A stretch of DNA of 64,000 nucleotides. Source: Antedon mediterranea (lineage: Eukaryota > Animalia > Echinodermata). Location: the NCBI RefSeq assembly GCF_964355755.1, contig NC_092677.1, positions 4,486,101 through 4,550,100 of the forward strand, in the 5' to 3' direction. Below, piece by piece: positions 27,801 through 40,764 of the stretch. A program made the translations under genes and the position numbers. Below the pieces are notes generated by a model, which saw only the letters and a list, made by a program, of their open reading frames with translations, searched no databases and was not told where the DNA came from. How positions within the stretch are numbered: the first letter of the stretch is position 1; each line of letters starts with the position of its first letter.

Positions 27801-30800
27801 ATCTTTGGAGAACTGGGGTGAATTTTTCTCAATCGCCGTACACGGATGTCTTACACTCGAAATAATGCAGTTTGCCATTGTGATTTCTTATATACTAGCA
27901 GGTATTGTAATTTTAACAACATTTGGTCAACATTTTTGTTGATTGTGTCCGTCCGTTCAAAAAGATGGTGTATCTATCAATAATTGCGTCACTCCTTTGT
28001 AATGCGATACTTATACAAGTTGACTATTTTGTGCTTATTTTGAACAAAGAACCAGATGTAATTATGTAAGTTATAGCTTTTTAAATCAATATAGGTCTAC
28101 TTTAACAACTTTATTAATCATTTTAAATACGATTGTGATGGCGCTAGTTACACTCCGTTATGCATGAGTAATAATGAATGATGTAATGCATAAATGGGCA
28201 TAAGCATTGTACAACGAAGTCCGGTAATGCGTTATGCTAATTGTAACAAGCTAGCTTCAGGGCATATTTATCGTAAACTTTTGTGGAAGGAGCAGGAAAC
28301 TTTCCCGAGTTCCTTAGCAGAATGGACATTTTTAGTATACTTATTTTTATAGGACAATTTGGCGCTCTTGGAATTGCAGTTGTGGGTGCTTTTGACATAC
28401 TTGCAGTGTATGTTTATATCGTAAGTATGGTTCTTGTTAACAATAAATAATTATAAGTCAAACAGATTCCATAGTTCAACATGTACATTCTAGTATAGAA
28501 ATCGGCTTCGCTTCGGTTACTCATGGAAAATTCTTATTCATACATCATTCATTATTTGTTTTTACACACCTACTGTTCTAAACTGAGTTCTAAGTCATCG
28601 TCCACGACTAGGCCGGCAAGCAATGTCACTCACAAAGGCAGAGTTGACACGGAGTAGAACGTCGTAGACGGTGCGCTAGCTCCACAGGCGACAACCTCGC
28701 GTGGCACATTTTTACAAAAGTGATCGTTTATTAGTGCAAGATAATAAACGGCACGTGATGCATAATTAACCAATAAAATGGCAATTATACACGTAGGTAC
28801 ACTCGTCCTTTTTATTACAATTTCTACTATATTTCAGCTTTTAATAGGACTAAGCAGTTCCGTAACAATTTTAGTTGGTCAATACTTGGGAAAAAACGAT
28901 GTCAAAAATGCGAAAATCACTGTGAAGGCAGCGTTCATTTTTCTATGTAAGTCAAACAGAGAAAGGAAATTCTTGATGGGACCTTAATCGATGGGGCGTA
29001 ATCCCTCACCATACATAATATAAGTTACTGATAATGTACGCCTACGGTATGTTCTATGATGGGTCAGTAAAAGTAAAGGTAAAATTACCTGGTATGATTG
29101 TAAGTAAAAGAAACATGTTGTAGTATTTTCATAATTTATTAAGTGTTTATAAACCTAGACTGTGGCACACCCATTGAAACGAATGATAGTTTGGTCCTGA
29201 AGGGGAATGATATTCTGTATTTTTGTAAACAAGAATATTATATTTCTGTGTTTTAGTTGGCGTTGCTGTCGTTGTTGGTCTTCCTCTCCTCTTCTTACGA
29301 GATTATGCTGGATATATTTACACCGATGATAGGTATGCATGCAAATTAATAAGATACACCTGTTTAAAACGAAAACATTCGATAAACGAATAACAGTTGG
29401 TTTGACAAATTTCTCAAAAAAGAAAAACTGTCAGACATTTCAGGACAAAGAAAATCGTCCTCAGAATTGTGAATTTTCCACAATTTACGAATTGATCGAT
29501 TCACAAGCGACAGTTGAACTAAACAATCGCTTGTGATTGGTCAATTCACTTGCGTTGCGTTACGTCCTTGTGTTGCGTCGCTAGTGGGAACCACGCTTTA
29601 TTGGTCATTTACTTGGGTTGCGGCTCACGTCACTGGTGACTGGAAATAAAATCTACCTAACTTTGTAAATATTTAACATTAAAAATGAATTGTTATACAA
29701 AGTAGGACATTTTTAATATAATTCAATTCTTTTCCTTATTTATAGTGAAATAATAGCGACATTTTCAAAGATAATACCTTTATCTGTGGTAATGGTTTTC
29801 TCGGTAACAATCGAAGTAAGTTTTCTTTTGTTAACAATATATTTCTATAAGATGCGTCTGGCGTTAGACTTCGTCGATGGTTATGTCCACCCTTATGTCC
29901 GTAGGCAAGACTTTACTTACATTTTCCAATCTCTACCTATGAGAATGGGTACATGTTAGGATCAAACACAATTGCGCTGATTAATATAATAATATCCTGG
30001 ATTTATATAGCGCCTAATGTTGCGAAACCTCTACATTATTACCCCAGTCATTTTTTCCTGATCAAACACGTATGAAAACATACTCCCATAATGCAGCTAG
30101 TAATCAGCGGAAAGTTGTGTCTTGATCTAACCGGGTTCCCAAATATATAGCTGGGTGGAGAGAGACAAACGTAAGTAAAGTATCTTGCCTAAGGATACGG
30201 CAAGAGTTGGTTTCGAACCTCGTTAGTATTCGAACATTCAATACACTGCCCACTAGCTGGAATATCATGGGAGTATGTTTCTATAGGTTTACATGCTCTG
30301 AAGCATTGTGCATTTAGCGCTATTGTTCGTGTGTGCTCCAACCTTTATTAGCAATACGCCATTTTAACATGCATTCATGGAAATCTTCTTCTTTTCTCAT
30401 TCTATCAGGGAATTAACAAGGCAATATTACAAGCTATTGGTAGACAGAATATTGGGACTGTTACCAGCCTGATTTCTCATTCATGTGGACTCGCACTGTC
30501 TGTTTTGTTTGCATTTAAATTAGATTGGAAAGCAATAGGTATCGTCATCATCATCATCATTGTTTTAACCATTGTCCTTACAGCTCAACATAATCATCAT
30601 CATTATCTTCATACTTATCGTCATTATCATTTTATCGTTGTCGTCTTTGCGACAGCACCATCATCGTCGTCGTCGTCATCATCATTATCATCATCATTAT
30701 TCTTATCATCATTCTCACCCTTTGCAACGCAAAGACGTAACACAACGTAAGTGAGTTGGATTATTCGAACTCTCGCTTGTCATTGGTTAACACGCTTGCG

Positions 30801-31403
30801 ATGCGTTTACGTCTATGCGTATTTTACGTTATTATTGCATACACGTAAAAAATAACTTATTTTTTTGCAGGTCTTTGTGCCGGTATTATATTTGGTACTG
30901 TTATAGAGGCATGCATTCTTCTTGTTGTATTAATGAACATAGATTTTACACAGGAAGCGGAGCTTGTGAGTTTGATACGGTCTTTCCAATTTGTCGGCGG
31001 CACCCACCATCGGCAGTATGGATTGAGTGTTAGAGTAGCTATACTAATTGTCAAAAAAACCACCATCTAGGCTACCTTCGTATTTCTTAAAATAAGACTT
31101 GTTTCGTTACCGTTAAGTGTTCGTTTTCTTTTACCATATTTTGTCCTTATTTAGGCTCTTGAAAGATGTCGTGTATCTGAAGAAGAATACTCGGAAATTG
31201 TGGATGATGAAGTTCCAAACGGAATGCAACTTAATAGCGTTCAATCAAAGGAAAAGTTACAAAGTGATGGGGAAGAAGAGTCAAGATCACTTATTGCGAA
31301 TACCAAGTACAGATTGAGCAAGACAACAATTATTATTAGAACATTGAATTTTACCATTCCGATTTTTATTTTTCTATCAAGTCTTTTTATATACCTTTTC
31401 TAG
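21900..31403 (+). CDS. SLC47A: MATE/SLC47-family multidrug and toxin extrusion transporter X2, complete, 15 exons, 532 aa
   Basis: Exons 21900-21995, 22365-22466, 23048-23116, 25809-25957, 26292-26334, 27233-27375, 27523-27608, 27788-27901, 28353-28420, 28838-28946, 29257-29332, 29746-29815, 30409-30538, 30871-30965, 31155-31403; all GT-AG, phases consistent, 1599 nt. Motifs VLFCSRFGQNEMAAVTLA, LENWGEFFSIA, ILVGQYLG, GYIYTDD, LQAIGRQNIG and a C-terminal extra TM helix, as in animal MATE1. Confidence 0.92.
23270..23720 (+). mobile_element. Old degraded CR1/L2-type LINE RT fragment
   Basis: SGVPQGSALGSLLFILYV...FADD...LQSDLNKIYEW...LERVQRK with stops and indels. Confidence 0.75.
23857..25760 (+). 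mobile_element. 5'-truncated Rex1/Babar-like LINE in MATE intron 3
   Basis: RT ORF 23941-25188 plus C-terminal ORF to 25537; 3' end AATAAAG followed by (TTATCAAA)n; starts after an (ATT)n tract. Confidence 0.85.
23941..25537 (+). pseudogene. LINE reverse transcriptase, one +1 frameshift in the A-run at 25128-25135
   Basis: KASGPDNI, NDYRPIALTS, DPYQFAY, DFSSAFNT, GSPQGCVLSPLLF, YADD, KTKEVIIDFRK. Removing one A joins ...IKKGNTRLFFLRKL... to the 25229-25537 ORF. Confidence 0.9.
26445..26635. mobile_element. Short MITE (GGTTCC.ACTAG.ACGCAACG termini)
   Basis: TGGTTCCAACTAGCGACGCAACG ... GCGTTGCGTTCTAGTAGGAACTA; related ends at ~4050-4098, ~29550-29600 and ~34990. Confidence 0.55.
26777..27064 (-). 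mobile_element. RTE-clade LINE 3' fragment
   Basis: RRLEWYGHVSR...LANTILQGTVPEGKRRGRQRKKWEDNIKEWTG is the typical RTE/BovB C-terminus. Confidence 0.85.
27956..28256 (+). repeat. Duplicate of 3' exon 4 + start of intron 4 inside intron 8 of X2
   Basis: AAGATGGTGTATCTATCAATAATTGCGTCACTC...GATGTAATTATGTAAGTTATAGC... matches ~25848-26165. Confidence 0.85.
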
Positions 31404-32763
31404 CAAATCTTTTTATATACCTTTTGTAAAATATCTCACAAACACAAGATAACTCTATGTTCAAATTTTTACACAATTTGAAATGTGGTTTCTTCTCAAT
31501 GTAAAACTATAACAAAAATTAACATATATACACACAAGTCCGGGGAAATGGCAAAAGGCTTCCTAATTTCTAGAAGTTTTATCAGATAAATCTATATTGT
31601 TTACGTTTGTAACATGGCAACAGTGCAGATTTTAAAATTCCCCCCCCCCCCCATCCCCTAAGTAACATGTTAACATGGTGACATTTAAAATATATATAAT
31701 ATATAGTCAAAAGTTATTTGTATTACGCTGCATACAATAATTGAATTTAATTTATAAAAATGCAGATAATAGAAAAAAAAATAACAATAAAATGTGTAAA
31801 AGTAATAAAATACAGATGTATAAAATGAAAATGTGAAAATGAAAATGAGAATGAAAATGTGAAAATGAAAATGAAAATGTATAATATAAAGTGAGATTAA
31901 TAATAAAAACGGCATTCACTCAGGCGCGGCCTATTAATTATTAAAATACTATTTGTTTATTTGTTGTGATTTGCGTCGGTATATTCGAAAATGCATTGTG
32001 GGACAAACAGTAATAGTTAACATGGTTATGCGGCTTTGGAGAAAAAATTGTGGGTTAATAATAGATTTTAATAATTAGATGATAATATTATTATTGATTG
32101 CTGTTATAATTTATTTCAATATAAAGGTAAACAATATATTAAATTACTTCGTAAAACACCATTATAAACAACTTTTATTAGTGAAATCAGTGAACAGTCT
32201 TCAATTTAACTACTATTTCAAAATGGAGACCCGTTGGTAACTACACATGTTCAATGCTTCAAGACTAAGTTGAAGTTTTGTGTCAACACTGAATTTTGGA
32301 GGTACATAATAATACCGATTGTATTTCCTTTAAATAGTAAATATTAGGCTAAGATCTACTATTGAAATCTTTAATGGAATAAGTCGTCCATTGAAGGAAA
32401 CATGAATTGAAACTAAATAACTCTGGGCACAACATACCTGTATTGTTTTCTGTCAGCGAATATTTTTATGTAAGTCAAAATAAGAAAAGTAATTCTAGCT
32501 CAGTCAATCGAGGTAATCCTTCATAATACAAGTTAAGGGTAAACTAACAAAAGTATAAACCTCGGTGACCTAATGAATAGAATTCAGGCATTTGTGTCGT
32601 AACAAGAAACTAAATAACCCTGGGGACATACCTGTATTGAAAATGACAAGCATATTCATTATTTTTCTAAAGAATGGTTAGGTAGTGTACAGTAGCAGTG
32701 GGTGTATTATAATTGTACTACTACTTCTGTAATAGCATTAGGGCTTGAAGCAGTTCTGTAATC

Positions 32764-35700
32764 ATGGCTGAAAAAACGGACACGAATACCTTGGAACTAT
32801 ACACATTCTCAGTGTTTAGAAATGCAGTTAAAGATATTTTCAAAATCGGGAGTATTTTGGTAAGTTACCGTGTCTTGTCCTGATACGTTATTTCTATAGC
32901 TACCTATTATAGGCCTACATCTGTTTCGGGCATAGTGACATTTGAGAGACGTTTTAGACGGCTTGCAACATGGGCAGACACCCTGGTCTTAACGGGACAC
33001 AGATAGCCTACAGTTATTCCTGCCAGCTTACTCAATAAAACTCGGCTATCGTGATTTCACTCGATTTTAAACAAAATGCCTTATCATCAGATCTCCCTAT
33101 ATAATTTGATAATATTATTCCCTACAGTATATTCCGATGCTTTATGGCGTATATTTAATTTGATCTTTATTAATTTACAGTATAATTTTAATTGTTTAAC
33201 TACCGAAACTTCACACGCGCAGTCTGATCCGTAAATAAAGTAAAAACTAAAATGGCTATAGCCACTAACGGCCAACTTAGTTGAAACAAGGAAGTTGCAA
33301 GGTGAACGTGTGAACTTATCGTGAACCCGGAAATTACTTCGACCCGCGTACAATTGAAATTAAATTGAAAATATACTGATGAAATCAAAAATGTTGTTAT
33401 GAACCCGGAAATTACTTCGACCCGCGTACAATTGAAATTGAATTGAAAATATACTGATGAAATAAAAAAAAGTTGTTATAAAACTATTTATAATATCTTC
33501 CCCAGATAGAAATATGGAACAATAGCGTACTAGTACTGAAAACTAATGTTATCAATGCTACGTTTCGCGGTACATCTAAGATAGATAAGATTTATACCGA
33601 AGTTTTTCCATTGTGCTCGCCTATGCAGAATTAACCATAATTTATATATAGATGCATACTTATTTCACACTTCGTAAGTTCTGTCTACACTATCAAACTA
33701 GTTTGACAAAAGTTAATGTGCCCAATGGTAGTGATATGCTTAAATATGGTAGTGATATGACGTCATTATGCCCATATATGGGCACATATTATAACATTTT
33801 GATAGTGTAGACATAGCTTTATTCGATGGTATAAAATATGTGGCATACGAAATCAGACATAACTAGGAATTTTCAATGTTGAAATTGTTAGAAAAAACAG
33901 AAAATACACAATATTTGATAATACTAAACACAACTATCTTGATACCATGTCTATTTCCAGAAATATCACAGTCTAACCTTTTTTGTTGTTATAATCAGTA
34001 TTTTAAGAAAAATGCTCGTAAACAAATTTTGTACTGAAGTAGCTATTCTATATTTATATTTTTAGACGTATACATTGTGTCTTGGGTACATTATGTTGAC
34101 CGTATGCGTGTTGTTCTGCAGTCGTTTCGGGAAAAATGAAATGGCCGCCATAACTCTAGCATTAGCGGTAAGAAATGAACATTTTAAATCTTAAAACTGC
34201 TTAACTGTTATTTGTGAATGAACAGGATGCATAGAAATACTAATTGAAATGTAATTTACACTTCTAATTTAATTGTTTAACAAAATACCCTTTTTATTGG
34301 GTTAAATGGCTATGTTAAAAGCAACACATTGCGCGGCGTTTGAATAATGCGAAGCCCCTAGCTAGGAAGGCCTATGCTGTATCACCAGCGAGCCAAGCGA
34401 TTCAGAAGAGCCCGAGCCGCGAGACAGGAGAGGGGGAGAGATACTGCCGGTCCTCGTCGTCTTTGCGCAAGGGTGTGTAACTAAATAAAACGGCTATGTC
34501 AACTGTATATGACTTTATGATCTAGCGAACACGGGATGTCCGTCGTCCTCCCCTAAGACTCCCTGTTTCGTAAAGTCACTAATATTTAGATGACGACGTT
34601 CAATAGTCAGTTAATGTCTACCTAGTGACAGATTTTTAACCTATATCATTTTCAATTACAGTTGTTATCCTCTGTTTGCTTCGTTCCTGCAGCCGGTTTG
34701 ATGACTGTGTGCAATACATACTTCTCTGTCGTAAGTACAAAAAAAAAAAACTGCAACACAATAACACTATGTAAAATTCTTACGTCAACTACTGGGAACT
34801 ACTGTAAGCTTAATATTATCAATTATTTGAAAGAGTAGGTAAATGTTTTAGCATGCAGATGTATTGTCTTTAGCTGAGTAATACATTTCTGATTGTTTGA
34901 TACCTAGTGAGTTCTTCTATTTTTCGATTTAATTGTGATGAACTTAAATAAGGCTTAGGCCTACCGTTTTACGACTTTACTTTTTGTAAAGCTTGGTTTC
35001 CACTATGACGTACCGCAGGGGCATAAGCGTAATTTAATCAAATCACAAGCGATGGATTTGTCTATGTCGCAAGTGGGAATCAAAGCTGTAAGCTTGCTTC
35101 CCGTTGGGGCGCGCCGCGTGCAACGCGAAGGACGTTAACCTAACGCAAGCAAATTCGAATAATCCATCGCTTGTAATCGGAAATAGTATAGATACAGTTA
35201 TCAATCAATATAACGTGCAATACAACAAAAATGTAACCATTTTTGCAGCATATTAACGATAAATTCATTTTTACAGGGTCAAGGAGCAAACCTGGGACGA
35301 TCACAAGGAATCTACCTTCAGAAGATGGTGTATCTATCAATAATTGCGTCATTGCTTTGTAATGCGATACTTATACACATTGACTATATTTTGATGTTTT
35401 TGGACAAAGAACCTGATGTCATTGCGTAAGTTAGAGCTTTTTAAATCAATATAAGTCTATTTTAACAACTTTATTAATCATTTTAATATGTAATGGCGCT
35501 AGTTACACTCCGTTATGCATGAGTAAGTAATGGATGACGTAATGCATAAACGGGCATAGAGAGTAAGATTCTATTTGTGATAAGTTATAGCAGGGATTCA
35601 CTCTTCCCTATTTAAAGCTATTAAATACAATTACAATGATAAACACTTGTATATTGATAATTTTTAATTACTTAACAAATTGCTTTATGTCTTTGAAATT

Positions 35701-38700
35701 AGATTGGTGGAAATTTTCGTACGGACATGTATTCCAGGTACTTTTGTAAGTAACGCGTTTTGTCATGTCATCTATGCATTTAATCGGCATTTCCAGTGCG
35801 TTTTTGTCATGTCACCACTGCAATTTGCCTCTTTTTGTGTTTTCTATCTTTAGGCTTAAACAACACATTTAGTTTCAGCAGGTCTACATCATGTAGGATG
35901 GATTGAGTAAAGCTTAGAAATAATCCCTCGTACATTTGTAGGCCTACATACTATCATGATTGAATATACCGTGGAAGCCCAACTTATTATGTTATTTTGA
36001 TCGTTGCAAGATTGTATAGAAACTTTTTACACGGAATAATATTTTGTTTATACGGTATTTTTTTACTATAGGCTGTCTTTATCACAGTTGGTCTTGGTCG
36101 AATATTACAGTGCAGGAATAAAATGGCCGTCACGGCAGTAGCAGCTACCATCGGTGTAGGTTTTAATGTGTTACTTAATTACATTTTAGTGTATGTGCTG
36201 GACATGGGATTCAGGTAAGTGCACAGCCTATATTAGACATTTTGAATAATTAGGCCTAGATATTTGCAGAATGTATAACCAATGACAACTTATGTTGGCG
36301 CATGCGTAAGATTTTATTATAGTTTATGCGAATAAGGTGCAGAAAATTAATAGAAATTCTACAGTATAACATTTCTTAAAATGAACCTTTTTCTTTTTAT
36401 ATAGAGGATCGGCTATTGCTCTTCTCCTTGCACAATACATTAATTGTATCATATTAGCAGTATATGTATACAAGTACGAAGATCTTGAGTGTAAGTTGAT
36501 TATGGATAAACATGAGAGGAGGATATGCAAATTAGCAGATTAGATTTCTCCCCCCTTCCCACTTTCGCCCTCTCTTGATATACTAACCAACACGTATGTA
36601 TGCAATACTCGTCGTTGTTTTTGTTTACGTTGTTACAAAATGCCACCAGCAGCTGCGTCTTACTATTTTCGTTTGACAAGAATATCTATGACCCGTATGT
36701 AATGAATGAAAAAAATTGTTTTTTTTTGTGTTCCAATTATGTTTTACGTAGCGCCATAATAGAACGTATAATACATTTTACCTTCTCTAGTTAGTAATTT
36801 CAATATTTTTTTTTAATAGTTTTTTCTCTCAAATCTTTGGAGAACTGGGGTGAATTTTTCTCAATCGCTGTACACGGATGTCTTATATTTGAAATAATGC
36901 AGATGGCAATTATAATTTGTTATATTCTAGCAGGTATTGTAATTTTAACAATTATTATAATTATTAGTGATACAATACATGCGTGCGTGCGCGTACAAAA
37001 GCTGTATCAATATAAACAGCGTGTGCGTCCAAAAGCTGTCTCAATTAATAGCGTGCGCGTACAAAAACGGTATCAATATTAACAGCGTGCGCCTACAAAA
37101 ACTGTATCAATATTAACAGCGTGCCCGTACAAAAACTGTATCAATATTAATAGCGCGAGCGTCCAAAAGCTGTATAAATATTAATAGTGTACGTACAAAA
37201 ACTGTATCAATATTTATAGCGTGCGCGTAAAAAGGTGTATCAATATTAATAGCCTGCGCGTACAAAAGCTGTATCAACATTAACATCGTGCGCGTACAAA
37301 AGCTGTATCAATATTAACAGCGTGTCTTTTATGGTCCCACTGGTTTGTATTTCATTTAAAAATAATAGTATAACAAAAGTATTATTATTATTATTATTAC
37401 TAGGCCTAGTAGCAGTGATTATTAGAATACTATTTTTTTTGTAGGACAATTTGGTGCCCTCGAAATTGCAGTTCTAGGTGCCTTTGAGATACTTGAAATT
37501 TATGTTTACATCGTAAGTAGGCCTAAGGCTCTTGTAGTAAGGTAACGGGAGGGAGGCTATAATGGAAATCGTTAGATTTGAACAAACAATTAGTAATTAC
37601 ACAAAAAGAGCAGCCAATATCAAAGTTAAACATATATACATTGTGATGTCAGTCAATACTCTTCTGAAGTCAGGAACAAAACAACGACAATCAGCTAAAT
37701 TCATTCGTACTTTATTTACGTATTTACTTGTTACAATTGCACAAAGTAGACCAGACTCGACGCTGTATTCACAGTGAACGACGGATCCAGATCGTTAAAT
37801 AGAGCAAGTAGGCCTATATACATGACTGAAATTATAAGTAATGCTGTAGGACCTACATACATTTTTTACTCTTATACTCTTGGTATTACGATGACTGCTA
37901 TCTTTCAGGTTTTGCTAGGACTAAGCAGTTCCGTGACGATTTTAGTTGGTCAATACTTTGGAAAAAAGGATGTAAAAAATGCAAAAATTATTGTGAAGTC
38001 AGCGTTTATTTTTCTATGTAAGTCAAAAAAAGAAAGGGAATTCTTGCTCAGTCTATCGAGGTAATCCTTCATCATACAAGTTTAGGGTACTAACAAAATT
38101 ATAATCCTCGGTGACATACTGAATACAATTCAGGCCTTTGTGTCGTAACAAGAATCCATATTAGTATGTCCTTTGTAGCTTATTATCAACTGTTAAGATT
38201 ATTAAAATACTTGGTCGAAACTATAATAAAATGAATTCTATGCTTATGTACCACTGACCGTCAAAGAACACTATCACATGAAACGAATGAGGGACCGGCG
38301 CAAATGTATCAACACTTCCTATTCAGAAGAAACGTTTGGATGTGGTCAAGCACTTAATATTATGTGTTCTATAAAAATAAAATATTATATGTTTCTGTAT
38401 TTTAGTGGGGCTTTCGTTTGTAGCTGCTGTTACACTCTTCTTGTCACGAGATTATGTTGGATATATTTACACCTATGATAGGTATGTATGCAAATTAATA
38501 AAATACACCTGTTCCACGTCACGTGCGATTTTCGATATAGGTATTATTATAGAATTATTGGCCTCTGAAAAAAATTAAGATATTTATGACGTTTTCGTTA
38601 TCGTATTCTAAATTTGCTCAACTTCACAATGAATTTGGTTGTTTGTTAAGTTGATTTAAAGAAATTTAAAGTACTGCTCGTTATGACATTTTCCTCTTAA

Positions 38701-40410
38701 TGTCAACATAGTACATTGCTGTATACTTTCAGAATGGTTAGAGCATAGTGCATGATATAGTGTCTACTTAAATTCTACACTTTACCCATTTTTTATTCTG
38801 TATAATATATCATTTTCATGTTTTTCATTTAAAAATTGTGTTTTACTTTCTAACTTTAAACCTTTATATACAAACAAATAACTTTAACTTAAATAATTAT
38901 TATTTTATTGATTTATGATTATGTGAACTACCAATGTTACTTTATGTATCTCGGGTCCAAATCAAATTATCCCTGTTATTTTTTATTCTTTAAGAATAAA
39001 AACAATAATTCCGCTAAATGTTATTGTTTATTTATAGAGAAATAATAACGGCATTTGCAAAGATAATACCCTTGACTATCATAATGATTTTCTCTGCAAC
39101 AATCGAAGTAAGTTTTCTTGTTTTTCCTGGCAGTGACATGAATAATTTGTTGTATTATTTTCTTATTTTTATAATTCTAAATTAATATAAAGGTTGCGGT
39201 ACACCCCGTATATTAGTTCTGAAAAGAATGTTGCCCAAACGCCATGTTTTTAGATAGGCCTACGTTTGTCCTATATCAGCTCAAGTTTATGTATGACACG
39301 CCATGTGTACCAAAATGTTTTTATTTTGGTCAATATTAAGCCGAATAGCCGTACAAAATCTAGACTACAAGTTTTATTACAATACGCCATTTTAACATAC
39401 ATGCATAATGAATTGTTTCTATTACTATCAGGCGATTGTCAAAGCAATATTACAAGCTATTGGTAGACAGAATATTGGAACTGTTACCAGCTTGATTTCC
39501 TATTCATGTGCACTCCCACTGTCTGTTTTGTTTGCATTTAAATTAGATTGGAAAGCAACAGGTACGTACGTTTTTTATCCTATTTTTTTTCCCCTTTTTT
39601 CGTTTTTTTTTTCTGTTTTCTTTTTTATTTCTTTCTTTATTTTTCTATCATTGTTGTCACCATCAGTAACTCAACATCATCATAATTATCTTCTTATCAT
39701 CATCAATATAATTTATCTATATATATCACCATCGTCATCATCATGGTCTTCTTAATACCATTTATTCTTATTATTAAATTCACGTAAGAATATATATATA
39801 TTTTGCAGGTCTTTGTGCTGGTATTATATTTGGTACTGTTCTAGAGGCATGCATTCTTCTTGTGGTTTTATTTAACATAGATTTCAAAAAGGAAGCGGAC
39901 TTGGTGAGTTTTGAGAATTTTATCGTCACTCCTCAATCCTGAAAACCCTGAGAAAATAAGGTAGATTTAGATTGAAATAAAAAAAACGTATTGCTTTAAC
40001 TTGACGATGCAATATTTGTTAAGTCAAAGTATCAGCTGTAGGCTTTTCCAAACCAGGACATATTGATGAATAGTTCGCTAGGTGTAGTGGCCTTGTGGAA
40101 AGTATACCACCATTTAGGCATAGGCTACTTTTTAAATTCTTAGTAAGACCTATGTTGTTTTTCTTTTCTTTTAACATATTATGTGTCCTTATTTAAGGCT
40201 ATCGAGAGATGTCGTGAAGAAGACTTAAGAACACATAATAGCGTTCAATCAAATGGAAAGTTACAACATGAGGGGAAAGAAGAGTCAAGTTCACTTATTG
40301 CGAATACCAAGTACATATTGAGCAAGACAACAATTATTATTAGAATATTAAACTTTGCAATTCCAATTTTACTCTTTTTAGCAAGTTTTTTTATGTATTT
40401 ACTTTATTAA
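32764..40410 (+). CDS. SLC47A: MATE/SLC47-family transporter Y2, complete, 15 exons, 520 aa
   Basis: Exons 32764-32859, 34066-34167, 34662-34730, 35277-35425, 35703-35745, 36072-36214, 36405-36490, 36820-36933, 37445-37512, 37909-38017, 38406-38481, 39038-39107, 39432-39561, 39809-39903, 40198-40410; same sizes as X2 except the last; 1563 nt. Confidence 0.92.
33322..33479 (+). repeat. 78-bp tandem duplication
   Basis: TGAACCCGGAAATTACTTCGACCCGCGTACAATTGAAATT at 33322 and 33400. Confidence 0.9.
33676..33820. mobile_element. Small palindromic MITE
   Basis: TGTCTACACTATCAAA ... TTTGATAGTGTAGACA. Confidence 0.7.
36983..37325 (+). repeat. Minisatellite, ~33-34 bp x ~10, intron 8 of Y2
   Basis: Consensus CAGCGTGCGCGTACAAAAGCTGTATCAATATTAA with point variants; no unique spacers. 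Confidence 0.9.
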
Positions 40411-40582
40411 AAAATTAAACAAAAAACCTAGTAAAATGAATTATGTTAAATATAATATATATATATTTTGAGCTTATGCACTCTTTGTGTTCGTAATCAA
40501 TGTACCATGTCCCGCATACCTGGGCATGGCTCAGCCTATATATTGTGCCAGTTCTGCGGTACATTTCATTTCGAAACCTGAG

Positions 40583-40627
40583 CTGCACTGACGAGATCTA
40601 ATAAGATCAAAACAGTATTGTCTGCAG
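40583..40627 (+). ncRNA. Minimal type I hammerhead ribozyme (Penelope/retrozyme type) with GAAA->AAAA core change
   Basis: CTGCA CTGACGA GATCT AATA AGATC AAAA CAGTATTG TC TGCAG: stem I, CUGANGA, stem II, [G]AAA, near-palindromic stem III, GUC site, stem I'. Confidence 0.75.
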
Positions 40628-40764
40628 ATTGGATATATATATATATATATATATATATAAACACAACAGGCATAGAAATAAATTCCAAACCGCCCGGTGA
40701 TAAATTATTTAATTAATTTTTGAAACGATAAAGATGAGGAAATCAAATTGTTTAACATTATATA

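Noticed and set aside
36983-37325. Possible CRISPR array (~33 bp period)
   Set aside because: Units abut with no unique spacers; it lies in a eukaryotic intron; it is a minisatellite.
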